A DNA stretch of 34,189 nucleotides, from NCBI GenBank assembly GCA_964527375.1, contig CAZGPL010000001.1, forward strand, positions 1 to 34,189, given 5' to 3'. The notes below the pieces were generated by a model. That model was not told where the DNA came from, searched no databases, and saw only the letters and a list, made by a program, of their open reading frames with translations. Source of the stretch: an uncultured Candidatus Saccharibacteria bacterium (lineage in GTDB: Bacteria > Patescibacteriota > WWE3 > UBA101185 > UBA10185). The first letter of the stretch is position 1; each line of letters starts with the position of its first letter. Below, in pieces: positions 1 through 6,721 of this stretch. Position numbers and translations under genes: made by a program.

Positions 1-39
1 TTTTGTTGTAATAACAATACTTACAAGAGGTTTTTCCAT
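1..39 (-). CDS. 5' end of a further GT2-like glycosyltransferase gene, truncated by the window edge
   Basis: ATG at 39 (minus) reads MEKPLVSIVITTK to the edge. A hydrophobic strand 'VSIVITT' right after the start matches the N-termini of the other GT2s here (VSVIIPAY, LSIVIPVY, YSIVIPAY, IVVVIPTY). Only 13 codons are visible. Confidence 0.35.
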   Translation of the reverse strand, partial: MEKPLVSIVITTK

Positions 40-50
40 ATTAAATTTCC

Positions 51-98
51 GGGCTGAACCTAGGGTCCGACCTAGGGCTGAGCCTAGGGCTTAGCCCT
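51..98. repeat. Four tandem 12-nt units of a GC-rich dyad repeat (GGGCTGAACCta / GGGTCCGACCta / GGGCTGAGCCta / GGGCTTAGCCCta)
   Basis: Units start at 51, 63, 75 and 87, an exact 12-nt period. Each core is a 4-1-4 or 5-1-5 palindrome. The array abuts the TAG stop (97-99) of the radical SAM gene and fills most of the gap to the next ATG at 39. Confidence 0.85.
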
Positions 99-1635
99 AC
101 TTCCTCCCCTGACTTTTATCAAAATCCTTCATATGACCAAAAAACTTTTTAGCAGACATAAAATAATACTTAACATCACTCCATTTTCTGATACTAAAAA
201 TTTTTCTTAACAAATACTGGGGTGAAAAAAAGGAAGAGTACAAAGCTTGGGTTAATTCCAACAATCTTTCTTCCGAAAAAGGAATTCTCATAACGGGATT
301 CCTCATATCAAATTTCTCATAATCTTTTGGGCCGACTTTAAACCAATCATTTTTCACACATTCGTCGTAAAGTTTAGCTCCGGGATAAGGAATAACAATT
401 GTAGCCTGCATAGTATCGACATATCCTTTTTTAAATAAATCCTTGGCCTTGTTAATTGTATTCAAAGCCATTTCTTCAGTCTCCCAAGGATAACCCAGCA
501 TTACAGTAATATGAGGTTCCAACCCAGCTTCTTTCGCGGTTTTCAAATAAGGCTCAATCTCCTCAACTTTCAAACCCTTATCTAACTTATCCAATGTTTC
601 CTGATTTGCAGACTCCAAACCATACAAAATAAACCTAAAATTAGCCTTTTTCATCAACTCGCAATCCTCTTTTTTCAAAGCATTAATTCTCATGTTGCAG
701 CTGAAAACAACTTTTTTATTGTAACCAGATTCAATCATCAATTCACAAAACTTTTTTAATCTTGGACCAATATAAAAAGTACCGGCATCATCAAAAATCT
801 CCTTAACACCGTAATTATCAACGACATGTTTAACTTCAGCAAAAAGCCTTTCAGGTGAAAAAACCCTGTAAGAACCTGTTGGATACAATGTAAAATTCCA
901 AACACAAAAGGTACATCTCCCCCACCAACAATCTCTCCCTGAATACATATACGTCCCCGGTCTGTACTTGTAATTCCCATTTTCACAAGCGTAAAGCTTC
1001 CATTTAGTTAAATCTCTATCAATAAAAGGCAAAACATCAAGATTATGTTTTATCTCCATCGGACCTGAACACCAATATTTTTTAACATGTGTAGCATTTT
1101 CACTAAGATTAACTAACATATTCTTTTCCTTTCCCCAAACTCCTCCGGGCATAACTTTTCCCGTAGTTATTGAATCTAATAGGTCGACTAAAACAAAATC
1201 ATAATCACCACCTGTAATCACATAATCAACAGGACATTTTTCCATGGTCTCAATAGGAAATGTGGTAACGTGATCACCAACTATTACCACAATAAGATCG
1301 GGAAACTTGGTCTTAATTTTTTTGACAGTCTCCCAATAAATTTTAATAACCGGAGTTTTAGCTTCTATCATTAACAAATCAGGTTTTTCTTTTCTAAGCT
1401 GAGTAAACCATTCAGATAAAGTCTTTTTTTCAGCAATACCGTCCATCCAAAAAACTTCGTAACCCCTTGATTGAGCTAAAGATGCGGCATACGCAGGAAC
1501 CATCGGGTATATGAATGTAGGAGCATTAAAATACTGAAATTGTCTATTTTGAGAAAGAAGTGGCACTCCTTTATCACTTTTTATAGGTGGGTACCCTATC
1601 GCAACTTTAAATTTTTTTGCTTTTATTTTAGTCAT
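97..1635 (-). CDS. B12-binding-domain radical SAM enzyme (class B-like)
   Basis: 512 aa. The N-terminal part looks like a Rossmann-type B12-binding domain (DLLMIEAKTPVIK...IVVIVGDHVT...VITGGDYD). It is followed by a Cys triad, SGRDCWWGRCTFCVW, and a TIM-barrel-like core (FILYGLESANQETL). ATG at 1635 lies 2 nt after the upstream stop. Confidence 0.8.
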   Translation of the reverse strand: MTKIKAKKFKVAIGYPPIKSDKGVPLLSQNRQFQYFNAPTFIYPMVPAYAASLAQSRGYEVFWMDGIAEKKTLSEWFTQLRKEKPDLLMIEAKTPVIKIYWETVKKIKTKFPDLIVVIVGDHVTTFPIETMEKCPVDYVITGGDYDFVLVDLLDSITTGKVMPGGVWGKEKNMLVNLSENATHVKKYWCSGPMEIKHNLDVLPFIDRDLTKWKLYACENGNYKYRPGTYMYSGRDCWWGRCTFCVWNFTLYPTGSYRVFSPERLFAEVKHVVDNYGVKEIFDDAGTFYIGPRLKKFCELMIESGYNKKVVFSCNMRINALKKEDCELMKKANFRFILYGLESANQETLDKLDKGLKVEEIEPYLKTAKEAGLEPHITVMLGYPWETEEMALNTINKAKDLFKKGYVDTMQATIVIPYPGAKLYDECVKNDWFKVGPKDYEKFDMRNPVMRIPFSEERLLELTQALYSSFFSPQYLLRKIFSIRKWSDVKYYFMSAKKFFGHMKDFDKSQGRK

Positions 1636-1637
1636 TT

Positions 1638-2654
1638 TTAACCTTCAACGTAATTACCCGTCTTTTTATCATATTTTTTTAGCTTTAATTCGGGTTTTTT
1701 CATTATACCAATAAGAAAATTAATTCCGTAATAAATGTGAGTTAAAAAAACTCCTTTCATAAAATCAAAATGGGCTTGCTCCTGATTTTCCTCATTTTTA
1801 GTTATTTTAAAAGAAGAAAAAAATAAAATCCCAAAATAAATTAACAAAAACAAAACGTAATAAAGAGAGAAATAAGGCCAAAAAACACTTAAAATAAATC
1901 CCCCCAGTAAACCAATTGTAAAAAGAGAAGGAGCAAAATACATAGGAATTCTTGAAGTTTGAGGGAAAATTCTTGCAAACTGACCCCTGTGCTGACCGTA
2001 TCTTGAAATCTGCTTTAAATATGGTTTAAAAACTTCTCTTCGGTGATGATAAACCAAAACATCTGGATCGTAAGGAAACTTTCCTCCATGTTTTTCAACA
2101 AGATCAAGACACAACTTGGTATCCTCACCAGGCCAAAACTCAACAGGGAATCCACCAACCTCTTCAAAAGCACTTTTCCTGACAAATAAATTAACAGAAG
2201 GATAATCATCCATTAATCTTTTTTCTTCCGGTTTGTATCTGTATGTAGTTTTCCCACTAACGATAAAAGATTCAAAAAGATACCCTGACATTCTTTCCAA
2301 ATATTCAGCACCCAAAGGTGTTACCGCAGGTCCACCCAGAGCATAAACTTCAGGATCCTCAAATACTTTAGCGGCATTTTTTAACCAACTATATTCAGGA
2401 TAAGAATCATCATCCAAAAAAGCTAAAATATCTCCGGTTGCATGTTCAGCACCCAAATTACGCTTTTTCCCGGGACCCACATTACCTGATTCCAATATTT
2501 TTATTCTTGTTCCACCAAAATCGTATTCTTCTTTTTCATCTGTAATAATAAAAACTTCAAATTCCTGATAATCTAATTTCTTTATCCTTGTAATACTCTC
2601 TTTAACATAATCATTTATTTTTCTAACCGGAATGATTATTGAAAATTTAAGCAT
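1638..2654 (-). CDS. GT2 glycosyltransferase with C-terminal transmembrane anchor
   Basis: 338 aa. FSIIIPVRK strand, AFLDDDSYP (DxD) and GEDTKLC motifs. The C-terminal ~100 aa are hydrophobic (2-3 TM helices). SD-like GGAGA lies about 9 nt upstream of ATG 2654. 8-nt overlap with the upstream gene. Confidence 0.8.
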   Translation of the reverse strand: MLKFSIIIPVRKINDYVKESITRIKKLDYQEFEVFIITDEKEEYDFGGTRIKILESGNVGPGKKRNLGAEHATGDILAFLDDDSYPEYSWLKNAAKVFEDPEVYALGGPAVTPLGAEYLERMSGYLFESFIVSGKTTYRYKPEEKRLMDDYPSVNLFVRKSAFEEVGGFPVEFWPGEDTKLCLDLVEKHGGKFPYDPDVLVYHHRREVFKPYLKQISRYGQHRGQFARIFPQTSRIPMYFAPSLFTIGLLGGFILSVFWPYFSLYYVLFLLIYFGILFFSSFKITKNEENQEQAHFDFMKGVFLTHIYYGINFLIGIMKKPELKLKKYDKKTGNYVEG

Positions 2655-3474
2655 TGATAGTTTCTCCTGTATTTATTTTCATATCTAAATCTTTATCGTA
2701 TATCCATTTTCTTTTTTTACTATCATCGTAAAATTTTAAAATTCTTAAACGATAGAAAACCGCCAAAGTATCTCTTACCATATTTCTTATATTTTTATCG
2801 AATACCATAAAAGGGGTAAAGTTGGTGTTTGATTGATCCCAATTAACGTATATCGGAGATTCATATATTTTTTTAAAGCCCAAATATCTTGAAACGGAAA
2901 GTATTTCTATATCAAAAGCAAATGCTTTTACCATTAATCTGGGAAGCACCGCTTCCAAAACTTCTCTTTTAAAAACCTTCAGGCCTGATTGAGTATCCTT
3001 AACACGAACACCTAATAATGTTTTTACAAAAATATAGTACCCCCAGCTATAAATTTTTCTAATCTTAGGATAGTTTATTTTAGATGCGGGGTGTCTTTTA
3101 CTGCCAACCATTATATCGGCGTCATACCACTCAAGATGCTCCAAGATTAGAGAAATACCGTTAGGATCAATGTCCATACCGGAGTCTATAAAGGCAATGT
3201 AATCCCCTCTAGCCCTAGCCATACCATACCTTATTGCAAAACCTTTACCTTTGTTGTTCTTGTAACCTAAAACCCTTACACTTCCTCGCTTAATAGAACT
3301 AGCATTCTCAAATGTTTTATCTAGAAAATATCCGTCAACAACAACAAGTATCTCGTAACTGAAACGTGTTTCCGACATAACATCATCAATATTTCTAATA
3401 TCTTTAAGAATGGTCTTCTCTTGTTTATAGGCAGGAATTATTACTGATACCATTTTCTTTGGTTTTCTCTTCAC
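2647..3474 (-). CDS. GT2 glycosyltransferase, polyprenol-phosphate-sugar-synthase-like
   Basis: VSVIIPAYKQE, VVVDG, AFIDSGMDIDP, and VKDTQSGLKVFKRE (the DTQxGxK motif of DPM1/Alg5-like enzymes). The longest ORF starts at GTG 3474. ATG 3453 (MVSVIIPAYK) is an equally plausible true start. Confidence 0.8.
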   Translation of the reverse strand: MKRKPKKMVSVIIPAYKQEKTILKDIRNIDDVMSETRFSYEILVVVDGYFLDKTFENASSIKRGSVRVLGYKNNKGKGFAIRYGMARARGDYIAFIDSGMDIDPNGISLILEHLEWYDADIMVGSKRHPASKINYPKIRKIYSWGYYIFVKTLLGVRVKDTQSGLKVFKREVLEAVLPRLMVKAFAFDIEILSVSRYLGFKKIYESPIYVNWDQSNTNFTPFMVFDKNIRNMVRDTLAVFYRLRILKFYDDSKKRKWIYDKDLDMKINTGETINA

Positions 3475-3502
3475 ACCCTTATTTTACTACATTTTTTGAT
3501 GA

Positions 3503-3549
3503 GGGCTGAGCCCTGTGCAGGGCTCAGCCTAGCTCCGGGCTCAGCCCGG
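3503..3549. repeat. GC-rich palindromic element: 26-nt perfect palindrome plus a 15-nt palindrome
   Basis: 3504-3529, GGCTGAGCCCTG-TG-CAGGGCTCAGCC, is self-complementary except for the central dinucleotide. 3535-3549, CCGGGCT-C-AGCCCGG, is a 7-1-7 palindrome. It is built from three GGGCTSAGCC(C) units. Confidence 0.9.
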
Positions 3550-3603
3550 GAAAACCCCGAAGGCATAGGAAAAAACTAAGCTTAAAATGGGAAAATTATA
3601 GGA

Positions 3604-3631
3604 GGGCTCAGCCCTGTGCAGGGCTGAGCCC
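3604..3631. repeat. GC-rich 28-nt perfect palindrome, second copy; possible 3' hairpin of the upstream flippase gene
   Basis: GGGCTCAGCCCTG-TG-CAGGGCTGAGCCC. It starts 8 nt beyond the flippase stop (3639-3641). On the minus strand it is followed by the moderately U-rich TCCTATAATTTTCCCATTTT. It is the same as the 3504-3529 copy except for a G:C to C:G swap in both arms. Confidence 0.9.
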
Positions 3632-3638
3632 GGAAAAC

Positions 3639-4961
3639 TTAGTCCGGCAAAACTTCCAACAACTCGTTAACTTCAGAAAAACTACTAAAATCCTTTTCTC
3701 CTATTCTACTAGGAACATTAAAATAAAAATAAACAGAAAGTGAAATTAAAATAAAAACACTGACTGCAATATTAACATTTATCACATCCCACAAAGTCTC
3801 ATGAAAAATATTCAAAAGTATGTATTGAATTAAAACCCCGGGCAACAGTAATAATCCCACTTTCTTTTTGTCTATAGCCAAGAAAAACATGACTAGAAAA
3901 TTTATCAAAACATAAAACGCTACAAAAACTGAAAACAAAGGTAAATACTTCACGGAATTTTCAAATGCTTTTCCGAAAAATAAATTCGTAATAATTCCAG
4001 GGAAAATCTGATAGCAAAGTACCCCTACAACTAGAATTAAGATCAAAAGCATGAGAAGCCTTTTCAAACTTTTCATAAAACTCTTACCTCCGGCGTAAAG
4101 TGCGGTAATTTTAGGAAACATTACAACGGAAACAGCTCCGGAACCAAACAATAGTATCTTTCCAAGAGTCATGGTTCCTGCATAGTATCCCGCATCAGTT
4201 GAGTCAAAATATTTCTTCACCATTATGAGATCAACATTATTCAAAGCCATCAGAGAAAAATTTACTAAAACAACGGTAGCCCCAAAGGAAAATATTTTTT
4301 TGAAACTATCTGTCACATCTACTTTTTTAAGATTTTTTAAGTTTAAGCCCAAGATTAAAAATCCCGAAGAGAAAACCAAAAAAGAAACAATTGGAGCGGC
4401 GCTATAAACTCCTCTTAAACCAAATCCCATAAAAACAAAAATCGTAGGTATTAAAAACCTAACAAAAAGGCTGAAAATATGAAATACGGAGTATTTTTTA
4501 AACTTCTGAGTTCCCTGAAGATAGGAATTAGGAATAACTATCAAAAAACCCATCCCGACAGATATTCCAAACAAAGTTATTAAAAAACTATCCTGAATAT
4601 TAATATAACCTGAGATAAATTCCCGTAAAGAGAAAATGATAAAAAATAAAACAGACCCTACTAAAAGTGAGAGCTTAAAAGATTTAAAAAATAAAACCAT
4701 CAGTTTATTATCATCTTTTTTTGAATATATTTCGGCATTAATTTTTATCAATGCTGTTCCAAAGACTCCTGCAAAAACCCCTACCATTGAGGATAAAGAT
4801 AGAAGCGCGTTGAAAGTTCCGTAATCTTCAACTGACAACTTTCTTCCCAAAACAAACTGTAATAAATAACTAAAAACGGAACCAACTATGGTTGCGGTTC
4901 CAACCAAAGCAGTCTCCATGATATCTTTTCTCGCTCTCAAGCTTTTCAACTTATTTAGCAT
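3639..4961 (-). CDS. MOP-superfamily (Wzx-like) polysaccharide/oligosaccharide flippase
   Basis: Polytopic, roughly 12-14 hydrophobic segments. The N-terminus, MLNKLKSLRARKD...LLQFVLGRKLSVEDYGTFNAL, is typical of polysaccharide-biosynthesis (Polysacc_synt) proteins. Start is placed at ATG 4961 because GGAGG (4968-4972) sits 6 nt upstream. The longest ORF extends to 4991. Confidence 0.7.
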   Translation of the reverse strand: MLNKLKSLRARKDIMETALVGTATIVGSVFSYLLQFVLGRKLSVEDYGTFNALLSLSSMVGVFAGVFGTALIKINAEIYSKKDDNKLMVLFFKSFKLSLLVGSVLFFIIFSLREFISGYINIQDSFLITLFGISVGMGFLIVIPNSYLQGTQKFKKYSVFHIFSLFVRFLIPTIFVFMGFGLRGVYSAAPIVSFLVFSSGFLILGLNLKNLKKVDVTDSFKKIFSFGATVVLVNFSLMALNNVDLIMVKKYFDSTDAGYYAGTMTLGKILLFGSGAVSVVMFPKITALYAGGKSFMKSLKRLLMLLILILVVGVLCYQIFPGIITNLFFGKAFENSVKYLPLFSVFVAFYVLINFLVMFFLAIDKKKVGLLLLPGVLIQYILLNIFHETLWDVINVNIAVSVFILISLSVYFYFNVPSRIGEKDFSSFSEVNELLEVLPD

Positions 4962-6681
4962 AGACACCCTCCATTTCATTTTTATAAACATTGTATAAAG
5001 TAATACCTCTTAAACTAATTGAATCAAAATAACTTAACTCCATACCGCTTTCACTATTTGAAGTATCGTCCCAAACCGGATAGACGAAGTATTTTGTTCT
5101 GTCAGCAAAAGGTTTGAGTTCTTTAATGACTGCCCAAGCTCCAAATTCCCTAAAAAATGGCCATATCTGCGTATAATATTTCTCTTTAAAACCTACTGTC
5201 ATGGTGGTTTTCAAATCTTTACCAAACTTTTTATAAACTAACTCTTCAAAAGATACCCCACTTGAAAAAGCTGAACCCTGTTCTTCGGAAAGTTTTTTAA
5301 AATAATTAACTATTTCCTCCATTCCGATCAACCACTTGGGCTCTAAAACCTTAACACCCGTCTTCAAACCACCAAACATTGGATTAAAATATGAAAGATA
5401 ATCAGGATGTACATAAATATTGGTATAAAAAGCTGGAATCAGGAACAAAAGTACGGCTATAAATTTATTCCATGCCTTTTTAAGATTAATTCTATCTAAA
5501 ATCCAAATGAAAAATAGAGATGAAATTAATGAAATTACACTAAAAGCCGGCAAAATATATCTATCAAGTTTTTTTGTGGGTAAAGTTAACTGAATAAAAT
5601 AGAAAAAGATGAAAATGAAAAGAAAATCGAAAAAACTTCTCTCGTTGTCTGACATTTTTCTTCTTGTAATTAAAGCTCCGATGAACCCAATCAAAAGGTA
5701 TATGGATGATCTTAGACCCAAAACAACAAAATAAAAGCTAGGACCCGGATCTTCTATCAACTCACCAAAATAAAATTGAATATGGTCGCCCTCTACCCCT
5801 ATATCGGCTATGCCTGCGTACAATGTTTGAATTACTTTAAAGGGAATTACCCACATTGCCGGCCAAAATACAAAAAAGACTGAAATTGAAACCAATAACC
5901 ATGGGAAAAAGACTACACTAAAATCTTTTACCAATCTAAAAAAATGGCTGAAGTTAATTACAGGCCTCTCCTTAAGTAAAAGTTTATATTTCCCGTTACG
6001 GAAAAGGTACATAAACGAGGAAAGTCCGTAAAAAGGTACTAAAAATAAAGCTGAGGTTTTGGTTAGTAAGGCAAAACCTGCAAAAACACCCGAAATAATA
6101 AGCCTTTTTTTATTCTTAATATCAAGAAAATAGTAGTGCATCCAAACAACACTGGCTAGCATGAACGTGGATACCATTCCTTCGAGATGAAACATCCTAG
6201 TCAATCCTAAATAAAAAGGCTCTAAAGAAAGCAGAAGAACAGCTAAAACGGCATATCTTAAATTTAAAGCTTTTTTTAAAGCATAAAATAGAAAGGAAGT
6301 GGTTAAAGATATTGTCAGAACAACTAGAAACTTTTGAACAAAATCTAAATGAAATATCACACCAACGTCATCCCCGGCTGTTAACGAAATCCCTTTATGA
6401 GAAGCCCATAAATTGGTTATTTTCGCCCCCGCGCTTCCTGCCCACATCAGAGTCACTCCCGGATGATATTTTTGCAGAGTCGCCTCGAAATTTCCACTAA
6501 AGACACCACTTCCAAAATCATAAGATCTAGCTTTCCACCTCCAAACATCAGTATTAAAATTATCATGACCTAAGGATGGAATCCTTATCAAAACAGAAAA
6601 CACAAAAACTAATATTTCCAGGCTGAGCCCGGGGCTGAGCCCTAAAATTCCTTTTTTTTCTATTCCTGCATTCTTTTTCAT
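4951..6681 (-). CDS. GT-C-fold membrane glycosyltransferase (ArnT/PMT-like), paralog of 8370-10016
   Basis: 576 aa. About 11-13 TM segments followed by a soluble ~130-aa C-terminal domain. Acidic first-loop motif GHDNFNTDVWRW after TM1. Shares YHPGVTLMW, EPFYLG..R..HLE, LLTKTS and KKLDRYILP motifs with the 8370-10016 product. Codons 11-22 (GILGLSPGLSLE) are encoded by a copy of the GC-rich repeat. Confidence 0.7.
   Translation of the reverse strand: MKKNAGIEKKGILGLSPGLSLEILVFVFSVLIRIPSLGHDNFNTDVWRWKARSYDFGSGVFSGNFEATLQKYHPGVTLMWAGSAGAKITNLWASHKGISLTAGDDVGVIFHLDFVQKFLVVLTISLTTSFLFYALKKALNLRYAVLAVLLLSLEPFYLGLTRMFHLEGMVSTFMLASVVWMHYYFLDIKNKKRLIISGVFAGFALLTKTSALFLVPFYGLSSFMYLFRNGKYKLLLKERPVINFSHFFRLVKDFSVVFFPWLLVSISVFFVFWPAMWVIPFKVIQTLYAGIADIGVEGDHIQFYFGELIEDPGPSFYFVVLGLRSSIYLLIGFIGALITRRKMSDNERSFFDFLFIFIFFYFIQLTLPTKKLDRYILPAFSVISLISSLFFIWILDRINLKKAWNKFIAVLLFLIPAFYTNIYVHPDYLSYFNPMFGGLKTGVKVLEPKWLIGMEEIVNYFKKLSEEQGSAFSSGVSFEELVYKKFGKDLKTTMTVGFKEKYYTQIWPFFREFGAWAVIKELKPFADRTKYFVYPVWDDTSNSESGMELSYFDSISLRGITLYNVYKNEMEGVYAK
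4968..4972 (-). promoter_or_regulatory. Shine-Dalgarno GGAGG for the flippase start at 4961
   Basis: The minus strand reads GGAGGgtgtctATG. The site lies inside the last codons of the upstream GT-C gene, which suggests translational coupling. Confidence 0.6.
6616..6640. repeat. GC-rich repeat copy A (TTCCAGGCTGAGCCCGGGGCTGAGC), intragenic
   Basis: Matches 6693-6717 at 23 of 25 positions. It lies 39 nt downstream (minus sense) of the ATG at 6681, in frame within the GT-C gene. Confidence 0.85.
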
Positions 6682-6692
6682 AATATTTTTAC

Positions 6693-6717
6693 TTCCGGGC
6701 TGAGCCCGGGGCTGAAC
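6693..6717. repeat. GC-rich repeat copy B (TTCCGGGCTGAGCCCGGGGCTGAAC), intergenic
   Basis: Lies in the 40-nt gap between the stop of 6722-8383 and the ATG at 6681. Direct repeat of copy A, offset by 77 nt. Confidence 0.85.
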
Positions 6718-6721
6718 TCAA

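Noticed and set aside
51-98. Possible CRISPR array, because of regularly spaced GC-rich palindromic repeats.
   Set aside because: The units are only 10-11 nt long and are separated by a fixed 2-nt 'TA', not by unique 25-40 nt spacers. No cas genes are present in the window.
756-986. Nested same-strand ORFs in alternative frames (756-986, 2015-2209, 9989-10207, 19744-19941, 27368-27562).
   Set aside because: Each is fully contained in, or heavily overlapping with, a longer ORF with clear family motifs. None has independent support.
3595-3600. TATAAT on the minus strand as an internal promoter for the last genes of the locus.
   Set aside because: The best -35 candidate (TGCACA) lies within the hairpin at a short ~15-nt spacing. 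TATAAT hexamers are expected by chance in DNA this AT-rich. It is mentioned only as a possibility in the finding for this region.
3475-3638. Possible tRNA or other canonical small RNA gene in the only long intergenic region.
   Set aside because: There is no cloverleaf arrangement and no GTTCRANYC-type T-loop or D-loop boxes on either strand. The structure is dominated by the palindromic repeat units. It is kept as an unexplained structured element in the findings instead.
6652-6659. Homopolymer tracts (T8 at 6652-6659 near the 5' end of a GT-C gene; T9 at 7664-7672 inside the next GT-C gene) as slipped-strand phase-variation switches.
   Set aside because: They encode Lys runs (KK/KKK). Similar A/T runs of 7-8 occur in many genes of this window, for example at 1424-1430 and 24676-24683. 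Length-polymorphism data would be needed to make the claim.
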